Positions 56,134-64,000 of a DNA stretch of 64,000 bases are shown here, piece after piece (position 1 is the first letter of the stretch; the number at the start of each line of letters is the position of its first letter). The notes beneath the pieces were generated by a model. That model was not told the DNA's origin. It was given only the letters and a program-made list of their open reading frames with translations, and did no database searches. Made by a program: the position numbers and the translations under genes. This DNA comes from Bradymonadia bacterium. Its GTDB lineage: Bacteria > Myxococcota_A > Bradymonadia > UBA7976 > UBA1532. The stretch spans positions 32,001 to 96,000 of the forward strand of contig JBKAGE010000001.1 of NCBI GenBank assembly GCA_046290225.1, given 5' to 3'.

Positions 56134-58277
56134 CGTCGATTTGGATCGCGATCTTCGGTGGAATCGGGGCCACGGTGGTGGCCCGGATCGGCTTCACAGC
56201 CTATGGGCGTGACCCGGTGGCCCTGGGGCTGTCGGTGCTCATCGGCGCCGGCCTCCTGTTGGGCCTCGTGGAATTATGGCGCCGAGCTCGCCGGGCCCAT
56301 CAAGCCCTCGACGCGCTCAACGCCGAGGTCGACTTCACTGACACGACACACCGCGAGCGCCTCCCCGCCCACGTCCGAGGGCCCCTCGAGGGCGCGCTCG
56401 CCGGCCACGGCGCCCCAGGCGAGATTCCAGGGTTCACCCCCTACCTCGCAGGGCTCGTGGTCATGCTGGGGCTCATCGGCACCTTCCTCGGCCTCGTGGA
56501 GGCACTCTCGGGAGCCCGTGAGGCCCTGGTGACCGGCGACGGCGCCGCTGATGTCGATGGCCTCCGCTCTGGCCTGGTGGCGCCGATGCAGGGCCTGACC
56601 CGCGCCTTTGGCACCTCGGTGGCCGGTGTGGCGGCCTCTGCCTCTCTCGGGCTGTGTCTCGTATGGGTACGTCGAGTAGAGGCCCGAGTACGACGCCGCC
56701 TTGATCAGCTGCTCGCGGGGCCCCTGGCCCACCTGACCCCCGCAGGGCGCCACCACGCAGCCCTCGACGCCCTCGTCTCTCAGAGCGCAGCCCTGCCTCA
56801 GGCCGCCGAGGCCCTGCAGGGGGCCGTCGAGCGACTGGATGTCCTCGGCAAGGATCTCGCCCGGGCCCATGGAGAGGCCACCCGCGCCACCACCAAAGCC
56901 CACCTCGACGCCGTGGCCGCCGCCGAGAAGGCTCATCGTGAAGCCACGATGGCCCTCGAGAAAGCACACCTGGAGGCCACGACCCGGGCAGAGAAGGCCC
57001 ATCGCGAAGCCACGGCCAGCGCCGAGCAAGCTCACCGAGAGGCCACCGCCAACGCTGAGAAGGCCCACCACGAAGCGGTCACAGCCGCGGCGAAGGCCCA
57101 CCACGACGCGGTCAAAGAGGCATCTGCCGCTCAGAGCGACGCCACACGAGCGACTGTTCAGGCCCTCACCGAAGGGGTGAAGGCGATCCGCGCCGATCTG
57201 CAAGAGGCCAGCATCATCGTGAGCACTGAGGCCGTCGCCGCCGTGCAGCCCCTCGTCGCCGAGGGGGTGGCGAAGCTCACCACCACTGCAGAGGAGCACG
57301 TCAGCCGGCTTCAACAACAGCTGAGTGAAGAGGCCACCGCTCGACAAGCAGAGAGCGCGGCCCACCTCGACCGGCTGCGAGAGGCCCTGCAGGCCACGGT
57401 GCAATCCATCCAATCGCAACAGGCTGCACAAGGTCAGCAGATCACCGAAGGTGTCACGGGGGTCATGACCTCTCTCGACGCCACCGCCCAGTCCGTCGCC
57501 GAGGGCCTCGGCACCCTCGAGCGTCAGGGGACGCAATGGATGATCGAGATCCGAGGCGATCTCTCAGGGCACCTCGAAGCGATCCAGCAGGCGGTGGTTG
57601 CGCCTCTCGAAGCCACCGCCGAGGCCCACCGGGCAAAGGCCGAGGCCCTTGATGGCCTCATCACCGCCTCCAACGCCCAGCTCGAAGCACAAGGGGAAGC
57701 CCTCGCCGCCCAGAGGCAGGCCATGCAGACGCAGCATGGTGAGATCACCGCGCAGCTCACGGAGAGCGCAGCCCAGGTGAGCGCCGCAGCTGAAGGATCC
57801 AGCGCGGCCATCGCAGCCCTCGGCGAGGCCCTCACCGAGACCGTGCGCCAGGGGCTCGACCGTCGGCTCACAGATCAGCAGACACTCGAAGCTCAGCTCA
57901 CCACTCAACATGAGAAGGCCCTCGCCGATCTCGGCGCCCGTCTGGTGGAGCACGCCCAGAGCATGAGCGCCGATCTGGCATCTACAGGAGACATCGTCCG
58001 CGAGGCAGCTGAGCTCGCCCGGGCGAGCGGCGTGGAGCTGTCGCTGGTGGCAGAGTTGTTCACCGAGGCCGTGGATCGTTATCGCGGCGCCAGCGAAGCC
58101 TGGCTCGACACCCTGGCCCGCCTCGAAGGGACCCTGAGCAGCAGCGGTGATGGCCAGAGCAGCGTGGCCCTCGGGCAATACCTCGATCAAACCCGCGAGG
58201 TCTTCAGCGACTCTCTCCGGGTGCAACAGGCCCTCTTCGCCGAGCTGCGCAGCCTGAAGGCTCGAGAGGCCAGCTGA
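56130..58277 (+). CDS. zorA: MotA/ExbB-like membrane protein with a long helical tail (DUF802-type, ZorA-like)
   Basis: FTPYLAGLVVMLGLIGTFLGLV and MQGLTRAFGTSVAGVAAS are MotA/ExbB/ZorA TM motifs, followed by an ~500-aa Ala/Glu/Gln-rich coiled-coil tail ending YLDQTREVF. Confidence 0.75.
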   Translation: MTSIWIAIFGGIGATVVARIGFTAYGRDPVALGLSVLIGAGLLLGLVELWRRARRAHQALDALNAEVDFTDTTHRERLPAHVRGPLEGALAGHGAPGEIPGFTPYLAGLVVMLGLIGTFLGLVEALSGAREALVTGDGAADVDGLRSGLVAPMQGLTRAFGTSVAGVAASASLGLCLVWVRRVEARVRRRLDQLLAGPLAHLTPAGRHHAALDALVSQSAALPQAAEALQGAVERLDVLGKDLARAHGEATRATTKAHLDAVAAAEKAHREATMALEKAHLEATTRAEKAHREATASAEQAHREATANAEKAHHEAVTAAAKAHHDAVKEASAAQSDATRATVQALTEGVKAIRADLQEASIIVSTEAVAAVQPLVAEGVAKLTTTAEEHVSRLQQQLSEEATARQAESAAHLDRLREALQATVQSIQSQQAAQGQQITEGVTGVMTSLDATAQSVAEGLGTLERQGTQWMIEIRGDLSGHLEAIQQAVVAPLEATAEAHRAKAEALDGLITASNAQLEAQGEALAAQRQAMQTQHGEITAQLTESAAQVSAAAEGSSAAIAALGEALTETVRQGLDRRLTDQQTLEAQLTTQHEKALADLGARLVEHAQSMSADLASTGDIVREAAELARASGVELSLVAELFTEAVDRYRGASEAWLDTLARLEGTLSSSGDGQSSVALGQYLDQTREVFSDSLRVQQALFAELRSLKAREAS

Positions 58278-58278
58278 C

Positions 58279-58998
58279 GTGTACGGCGGCCCCCCTCAGT
58301 CTCAGCGCTCAGGCGTTGTCGAGCCCGATGAGAGCCCTCCGGTCTGGCCGGTCTTCGGCGATCTCATGGCGGGCCTCTTCGGGCTCTTCGTGCTGTTCTT
58401 CATGTGGGCCATCACCTTCCAGACTGATCTGGCCAACACCCTCGAAGCCCGAGAGGCCGCCCTGGTGGCTCAGCAGAAGGCCCTGGCCCAGAAGCAGGCC
58501 GATCTCGACGCTGAGCGCGCCGCTCGAAAGAAAGAGAAGGCCCGGCTCGAGGCCCTGGAGCGCGCCCTCGCCGGGCCACTCTCTGAAGGCCTCATCACGC
58601 TCACTGAGGGACGCATCGGGATTCGGGGCAGCGTGCTCTTCAGTTCGAACTCCGCTGCCCTCACCGCCGAAGGCACCACCCTCATCGGCCAGCTCGCCGG
58701 CCCTCTCGAAGCGTTCCTCAAAGGCCGTGAAGAGATGGTCATGATCAGCGGCTACACCGACGACAAGCCCATCGCTCGGGGCAACGCCCGCTTCGCCGAC
58801 AACTGGGCGCTCTCCTCCGAGCGGGCCCTCACGGTGACCCGAGCGCTCACCGAGTCCGGCCTGCCTGGGGATCGCCTCATCGCCGCGGGCTTCGGGCCCA
58901 ATCACCCAGTGGCCACCAACGAGACCCCCGAGGGCCGCGCCCTGAATCGCCGAGTGGAGATTCAGCCGGTCCCTCGAGCCACCGCCGGGGGCCGGTGA
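58279..58998 (+). CDS. zorB: MotB/OmpA-family protein (ZorB-like)
   Basis: PVWPVFGDLMAGL TM helix with the conserved Asp; OmpA-like domain VLFSSNSA, ISGYTDD, NWALSSERA, AAGFG and NRRVEI. Confidence 0.8.
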   Translation: MYGGPPQSQRSGVVEPDESPPVWPVFGDLMAGLFGLFVLFFMWAITFQTDLANTLEAREAALVAQQKALAQKQADLDAERAARKKEKARLEALERALAGPLSEGLITLTEGRIGIRGSVLFSSNSAALTAEGTTLIGQLAGPLEAFLKGREEMVMISGYTDDKPIARGNARFADNWALSSERALTVTRALTESGLPGDRLIAAGFGPNHPVATNETPEGRALNRRVEIQPVPRATAGGR

Positions 58999-59789
58999 TG
59001 GCCTCCCCTGATCTCGCCACGGATCTCGTCGCCCGCCTCGACGCCCTGAAGGCACGCGGCGCCGAGGGCTTCGACGGCCCCGCGGTGCGCTTCATCGCCA
59101 ACCTCGTACAGAAAGCCACCACCATCGGGGGTGGCGCAGGCGATCGTCTGGTCGATCGCGCCCACGTGCGCCTGCAGGCCCTGGAGACCCAGCTCGACGA
59201 GGCCCTGGCGAAGTCCGAAGAGGCTTTGAGCGCCCTCGCAGCTGTGGCACAGGGGCCCGAGGGAGAGGGCGCCGTCGCCACCGTTCAAGCCCTCGTGGAC
59301 CAGGGTGATCACCGAGAGGCACTTCGGACCGCACAGCGCTTACGGCGTACGCTCGGCGATGGCCGCCAGCCTCAGGCGAAGGCCCGCGTCCGTCGCCAGC
59401 TGTCCCGGGCCGAGGCCGCCGACACCTCTGCCTTGTCACAACCACTCCGGCAGCGCATGCAGGCGGCCCTCGATGATCCGACGAGCCCGCCCGAGACCCT
59501 CGACGCCCTCGCTGACGAGGCAGCAAAGGCGATGTACCGCGCCGTGGCCGACGATGCCCACGCGACTCTCGCAGTGGCCCAGGCCGGTGACGAGGTCCCC
59601 GACGAAGCAGGGCCCTACAACCCCCAGGCGGTGAGCGCCCGGGCCCTCGCAGCCCTCGAAGCCCTGTCGCCAGCGCACCTGCGCCATTGGGTGCGACACC
59701 TCGAAGGCTTCGAATCCCTCTCAGCGCTCCCCGAGCCGCCGGCACCCAAGAAGCGAGGCAGCAAGCGAGGCGGAGGCCGCCGAAGGTGA
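58998..59789 (+). CDS. zorG: DUF2894-like protein (ZorG-like, Zorya type III)
   Basis: TGATG overlap with the upstream gene. LDALKARGAEGFDGPAVRFI and VPDEAGPYNPQAVSARALAALEALSPAHL resemble DUF2894 motifs as recalled. Confidence 0.65.
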   Translation: MASPDLATDLVARLDALKARGAEGFDGPAVRFIANLVQKATTIGGGAGDRLVDRAHVRLQALETQLDEALAKSEEALSALAAVAQGPEGEGAVATVQALVDQGDHREALRTAQRLRRTLGDGRQPQAKARVRRQLSRAEAADTSALSQPLRQRMQAALDDPTSPPETLDALADEAAKAMYRAVADDAHATLAVAQAGDEVPDEAGPYNPQAVSARALAALEALSPAHLRHWVRHLEGFESLSALPEPPAPKKRGSKRGGGRRR

Positions 59790-59793
59790 CGTC

Positions 59794-60942
59794 ATGGCTG
59801 ATCTGAAGGCAGAGCTCGACCGGCTGCTCGCGGAAGCCGATCACCAGGCCCACCTGAGCCGGGATCCGATCCGCTTCGTACACCGCTACCCCGATCCGCT
59901 CGATCGCGAGGTGGTGTCGATCTACGCCGCCCTCATGGCCTATGGCCGGGTCGATCTCATCGGCAGGGCCCTGGAAGATCTCGTGGCCCGCCTCGGGCCA
60001 AAACCCTTCGAGGCCCTGAAGCAGCGTCGGAGCGACGCCGAAGTGATCGCCCACTTCGACGGCTTCGTCTATCGACTCACCCGGGGGATCGATCTCGCCC
60101 GCCTCTGGCAGGGCCTCGCCGCCGTGGTCGACACCCACGGCAACCTCGGTGAGGCCATGGCGTGCTTCGACGACGCCGAGTCCCCCACCCTGCTCCACGC
60201 CGTGAGCACACTGCGCAAGGCCATCTACGACGCCACCTCGCACTTCGAGAGTCGGCGGGCCTTCAACCACTTTCTCGCTGATCCACAAGGGGCGAGCCCG
60301 TGCAAGCGCTGGTGCATGTGGCTGCGGTGGATGGTCCGGGGCCCTGACGAGATCGATCTGGGGCTGTGGCGTGATCTGGGGGCGCACCGTCTGGTCATGC
60401 CACTCGATACGCACATCCACCGGCTCGGCCGCTACCTGGGCCTCACCGCCCGAAAGAGCGGTGACCGGCGCACGGCCCTCGAGATCACCACCGCGCTCAA
60501 AGCCCTCGATCCGCTCGATCCGCTCAAGTACGACTTCGCGGTGGCCCACATGGGCATCAGTGGCCAGTGCCCTACCCGCCGAGTGGCGGAGATCTGCGCG
60601 CATTGCCCCATTCAAAAGGTGTGTCAGCTGCCGGACGGGCGCCGAAGCGGCCGTCCGCTCAACCCGGCAGAGGCTGCTTGTCCACGGCCCTTGGGGGCTG
60701 CGGTACGCCCTTGCGGTAGCGAGACTTTTCTCCTGGCCCCGAGTCGTCGATCCACGAGTACGACCGCTTGCGCACGTCGAGGTGCACGAACCGCGCGTTG
60801 GGGTAGTAGCCCGAGCCCACCTTCGGCAGCGTGCGCAGCACTGACCACACCTCTTTATGATCGACGCCGTCAACCCGCAGATCGATGGCCTTGCCCTGAT
60901 AGTGCCTGCTGCTCTTGCGCGTGGTGGATCGATGCCCGCTGA
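59794..60942 (+). CDS. TIGR02757 / DUF2400 family protein with a C-terminal four-Cys cluster; ORF runs on about 105 codons past the conserved region
   Basis: DPIRFVHRY, DREV...AYG, SPCKRWCMWLRWMVR, PLDTH, DPLDPLKYDFA and CPTRRVAEICAHCPIQKVC. Confidence 0.85.
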   Translation: MADLKAELDRLLAEADHQAHLSRDPIRFVHRYPDPLDREVVSIYAALMAYGRVDLIGRALEDLVARLGPKPFEALKQRRSDAEVIAHFDGFVYRLTRGIDLARLWQGLAAVVDTHGNLGEAMACFDDAESPTLLHAVSTLRKAIYDATSHFESRRAFNHFLADPQGASPCKRWCMWLRWMVRGPDEIDLGLWRDLGAHRLVMPLDTHIHRLGRYLGLTARKSGDRRTALEITTALKALDPLDPLKYDFAVAHMGISGQCPTRRVAEICAHCPIQKVCQLPDGRRSGRPLNPAEAACPRPLGAAVRPCGSETFLLAPSRRSTSTTACARRGARTARWGSSPSPPSAACAALTTPLYDRRRQPADRWPCPDSACCSCAWWIDAR

Positions 60943-61384
60943 TGATGTGGATACGGGCCTCGAAGTGCCGGGCGAGGGCGTGCAGGTGATGCAGTAGACG
61001 ATCAGGCGGGATCTTCTCGACCCCTTTGCGCCAGTCCCTCAAAAAATGCGCCATCTGTGTGCGACCCTCAGGGCGCACCACCCAGCCGTCCACAGCGTCC
61101 ATATCGGGCTCGAGCAGGCGGATCGAGGCCTCTTCCCGGGTGTTCACGTGACGCACGTGGATGTAGCCGGCATTGATGGCCTCGAGTTTTTTTCGCCCCA
61201 AGGGCTCGGGACGATCTTCTGCGGCGAGCGGCCCGAGATCGGACTCGTCGTCTGCATCACGGAATCCGCCATCAGGCCCTGCGGCAGATCGACCCTGACG
61301 ACCCGCGCAGCCAGTGGCCATCAGGCCGCCGAGCATCAACACCTCTCGGCGGGTGGGGATCACGATGTTCGAGGCTCGCCGCAT
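60659..61384 (-). CDS. YcbK/DUF882 (peptidase M15, MepK-like) Tat-exported protein
   Basis: Twin-arginine motif TRREVL; FLRDWR, IISGHRS, SRHYQGKAIDL and FVHLDV. Confidence 0.85.
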   Translation of the reverse strand: MRRASNIVIPTRREVLMLGGLMATGCAGRQGRSAAGPDGGFRDADDESDLGPLAAEDRPEPLGRKKLEAINAGYIHVRHVNTREEASIRLLEPDMDAVDGWVVRPEGRTQMAHFLRDWRKGVEKIPPDRLLHHLHALARHFEARIHIISGHRSTTRKSSRHYQGKAIDLRVDGVDHKEVWSVLRTLPKVGSGYYPNARFVHLDVRKRSYSWIDDSGPGEKSRYRKGVPQPPRAVDKQPLPG

Positions 61385-61553
61385 AATCAGAACTCCTCTT
61401 GTCTTTCAAAGGGTTCGCTCGATGCTCATGACGATGACACACCCCCTCCGACTTCACCAAAACCCCCTTGCACCTTCGATGCATCCTCCGGCATCCTCAG
61501 TAAAACCACATCAACCTACACCGACCTTATGACAGAGGTCCGAGGAGGCACAG

Positions 61554-61865
61554 ATGGCGACGTCGCTCACCCACGACACCCCCCGCTTCATCATCCGCCG
61601 CGCCCTCGCCCTCGTGGAAGACCCCCGCACCGACGCCCACCGCCTCGGCCGGCTGCTGGAAGGTCACCCCGATCTCGCCGCCTTCGTCATGAGCGCCGCC
61701 CGAGCAAAAGTGCAGGGCCGAGTGAACATCCGCACCGTCACCGACGCCGTGGTCTATCTCGGCTATGGCAGGCTGCCGGCCATCCTGAGGCGGTATGGCT
61801 ATGCCGCTGAAGAGCAAGACGAAATCTGGCGGCGCCAGATCAGGTACGGCCTCATCGAAGACTGA
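61554..61865 (+). CDS. Small stand-alone truncated HDOD-like protein
   Basis: GAGGAGG RBS; DPRTDAHRLGRLLEGHPDLAAFV...IRTVTDAVVYLG resembles the N-terminal half of HDOD. Confidence 0.65.
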   Translation: MATSLTHDTPRFIIRRALALVEDPRTDAHRLGRLLEGHPDLAAFVMSAARAKVQGRVNIRTVTDAVVYLGYGRLPAILRRYGYAAEEQDEIWRRQIRYGLIED

Positions 61866-62059
61866 CCGACGCCACGCTTTCCCCACTCCGCGGCGCACCC
61901 CAGACAATTTTAAGTGACAATTCCGGCCTTTCAGCTTCAACACCTGGGTGACGGCCGCGGTGTCAGGTGTCTCAATACTTGCGCCGCAGTAGATGCGTCA
62001 CCCCCGTGAGCTGTACTAGACTGCCGCGCACTCGGGGATTCACTGGAGATCTGCGCCTC

Positions 62060-64000
62060 ATGCAACCTTTGGCCGCTGCAGCCACATCGTGTCTCACTCT
62101 CGCCCTCGTGGGCGCTGCTTACACGTCCGCCCTCGCCCAGAGCGGCGCGCCTGCCGCTGAAGCCCCAGCTGCTGAGGCCCCAGCTGCGGCGCCTGCGGAG
62201 GGCGCGGCCACGGAGACGGCGGCTTCGACAGAGGCTGCGGCACCGGCCTCGGGCGACGATGGAGGCGCCACCAGTGAGGTGGTGAACACCATCGAGGGTG
62301 AAGTCTCCCTGGTGAGCGACGAGCGCGTGCCGCCTGATCAGCGCGGGCCGAACATGGAGGGCGGCAACGGCCTCAACCGCACGCTCTCTGCAGATCCTGG
62401 CCCCCAAGGGACCTTCCGCTTCCGGCTCAGCGGGTTCCTCTCCGAGTCCGAAGACTTCCCCGCCCCGGGCTCGTCGAACAGCTTCTCTGGTGCCAGCCTG
62501 GCCCTGGGCTACACCCCCATCGAGTTCCTCGAGGTGTTCTTCAACGCCCGGAACACCAGCAACGTCAACGAGGGCACCCGCCCCGACCTGTTGCAGACGC
62601 AGGGCGACATGTCGCTGGGCCTCAAGGGCGGCTACTTCATCCTCCCCGAGGTGGCCGTGGGCCTCGCGGCGAGCGCCCATCTCTACAGCGGCCTCGGTGA
62701 GGGCTCGTTCTCCCTCGACACCACAAGCTTCTGGGTGCGGCTCCTCACCACCGTCGATCTCAAGCGCAGCCAGAACATCCCGGTGCGCTTCACGCTCAAC
62801 GTCGGCTACTACAACGAGAACTCCGAGAACCTCTATGGAGACGGCGACAACCTCGACGTCATCCAGGAGTGGGGGCTGCAGACCTACCGTTATGATCGCC
62901 TCACCATCGGTGCGGGACTCGAGGTGCCCTTCAACGAGTATGTGAGCCCCTTCGTCGAGTACCGCCTCGACGGCCCCCTGAAGGTGAAGCTCAAGGACTT
63001 CGCCGCGAACTCCTCTTTCGAATACGACTTCAGCGCGGTGCCTCACACCTTCACGCCGGGCCTGCGCGGGTTCCCGCTGCCCGAGCTGATGCTCGAAGCC
63101 GCAGCGGAGATCGCCATCACCACGGAGACCACCTTCAGCGGCGTGCCCGCCACGCCGCCGTGGATGATCACCTTCGGCATCGCCTACACCCTCGACCCTC
63201 GCCCCGTGGTCATGTCGAAGGAGATCGTGAAGGAGGTGGCCCCCATCGCGCCTCCGCCGCCGCCCGTCGCGCCTGCCCCGAAGGAGGGCCGCATCGCCGG
63301 AAAGGTGCTCGACGCCAAGACCGGCAAGCCCATCAAGGACGCCCGCATCACCTATCCGGGCCGCACGGTGAGCGCTCAGCTCGCCGACGCCAGTGGCCGC
63401 TTCGGCAGCTACCCCTTCGAGCCCGGCAAGGTGAAGGTGCAGGTCATGGCCGACGGCTACCTCGCCATGAGCGGCGAGGCCGACGTCACTGCTGACAAGG
63501 ACACCCCCCTCGAGCTCAAGCTCAAGCTCGATCCGGAGCAGCAGAAGACCACCTTCACCATCGAGGTGGCCAACGAGAAGGGCAAGACGCTCCCCAAGGC
63601 CACCTACACCGTGGGCACCACCAAAGAGCCCGCCCTCAAGACGGGCCAGATGGGCCCCACGGGCATCGTCGCCGTGCGCGATCTGCCCCCGGGCACCTAC
63701 GATCTGACGGTGAAGGCCAAGCGCTACGAAGACTTCACCCGCAGCTACCGCCTGAAGGGGGGCACCCCCCTCACGGCGAAGGTGGTCATGACGAAGCCCG
63801 AGCGGAAGAAGCGCTCGCTGGTGGTGCTCAAGCGGAACCGCATCGTGATCCGCCGCAAAGTGCACTTCGCCACGGGGACCGCCAACCTGACCCGTGACTC
63901 GAAGGCCCTCCTCGCCGAGGTGGCCCAGGTCCTCAAGGACAACCCCCGCATCAGCAAGGTGCGCATCGACGGCCACACCGACGGCAAGGGCAGCCGCACC
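62060..64000 (+). CDS. OmpA-family outer-membrane protein (N-terminal beta-barrel, carboxypeptidase-regulatory-like repeats, C-terminal OmpA domain), 3'-truncated by the window
   Basis: Absent from the ORF track because it has no stop in the window. Begins MQPLAAAATSCLTLALVGAAYTSALAQ; includes GRIAGKVLDAKTGKPIKDARI; ends in frame at KVHFATGTANLTRDSKALLAEVAQVLKDNPRISKVRIDGHTDG. Confidence 0.88.
   Translation, partial: MQPLAAAATSCLTLALVGAAYTSALAQSGAPAAEAPAAEAPAAAPAEGAATETAASTEAAAPASGDDGGATSEVVNTIEGEVSLVSDERVPPDQRGPNMEGGNGLNRTLSADPGPQGTFRFRLSGFLSESEDFPAPGSSNSFSGASLALGYTPIEFLEVFFNARNTSNVNEGTRPDLLQTQGDMSLGLKGGYFILPEVAVGLAASAHLYSGLGEGSFSLDTTSFWVRLLTTVDLKRSQNIPVRFTLNVGYYNENSENLYGDGDNLDVIQEWGLQTYRYDRLTIGAGLEVPFNEYVSPFVEYRLDGPLKVKLKDFAANSSFEYDFSAVPHTFTPGLRGFPLPELMLEAAAEIAITTETTFSGVPATPPWMITFGIAYTLDPRPVVMSKEIVKEVAPIAPPPPPVAPAPKEGRIAGKVLDAKTGKPIKDARITYPGRTVSAQLADASGRFGSYPFEPGKVKVQVMADGYLAMSGEADVTADKDTPLELKLKLDPEQQKTTFTIEVANEKGKTLPKATYTVGTTKEPALKTGQMGPTGIVAVRDLPPGTYDLTVKAKRYEDFTRSYRLKGGTPLTAKVVMTKPERKKRSLVVLKRNRIVIRRKVHFATGTANLTRDSKALLAEVAQVLKDNPRISKVRIDGHTDGKGSRT

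Noticed and set aside
56130..58998. Flagellar MotAB, TolQR/ExbBD or gliding AglRQS stator
   Set aside because: The very long A-subunit tail, the OmpA-bearing B subunit, the two flanking helical genes and the lack of flagellar, tol or agl neighbours fit a Zorya-like arrangement better.
1..64000. tRNA, rRNA, prophage, integrase, reverse transcriptase or transposase genes
   Set aside because: No recognisable sequence or motif was found by eye; tRNAscan-SE and Infernal scans would be needed to exclude small RNAs.

Overview
High-GC, gene-dense bacterial chromosomal window with about 50 CDSs. No rRNA, tRNA, CRISPR array, transposase or integrase was seen. The gene content (FGE/SUMF1-domain protein, DUF1592-family lipoprotein, many lipoproteins with low-complexity linkers, a giant TPR protein, TIGR02300, sigma54-like promoters) suggests a Myxococcota/deltaproteobacterial genome; this is inference. 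Housekeeping genes include pyrD, serC, rlmI-like, yigZ, plsC, menH-like and a 2Fe-2S ferredoxin. Most notable features: (1) a 548-bp non-coding nested element at 6643-7190 with perfect 66-bp terminal inverted repeats containing (GGGCAC)5, two tandem 102-bp palindromic units and a ~190-nt multi-hairpin core closed by its own 15-bp stem; (2) a tightly coupled DUF3348/MotA-like/MotB-OmpA-like/DUF2894 operon at 55291-59789 resembling Zorya type III anti-phage systems, with a His-rich hendecad repeat in the ZorA-like tail and a TIGR02757 gene 4 bp downstream; (3) a 159-bp MITE with a TTA target duplication at 49622-49780; (4) unusual protein architectures: an S8 protease with three GNGLGSSS cassettes, a membrane-anchored COG0523 GTPase, a tandem-fused MlaF-like ATPase with one degenerate signature, a collagen-SnoaL lipoprotein and a degenerate GH99-like lipoprotein. 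All family calls come from motif recognition by eye, with no database search. Several starts were re-assigned from RBS and signal-peptide context.
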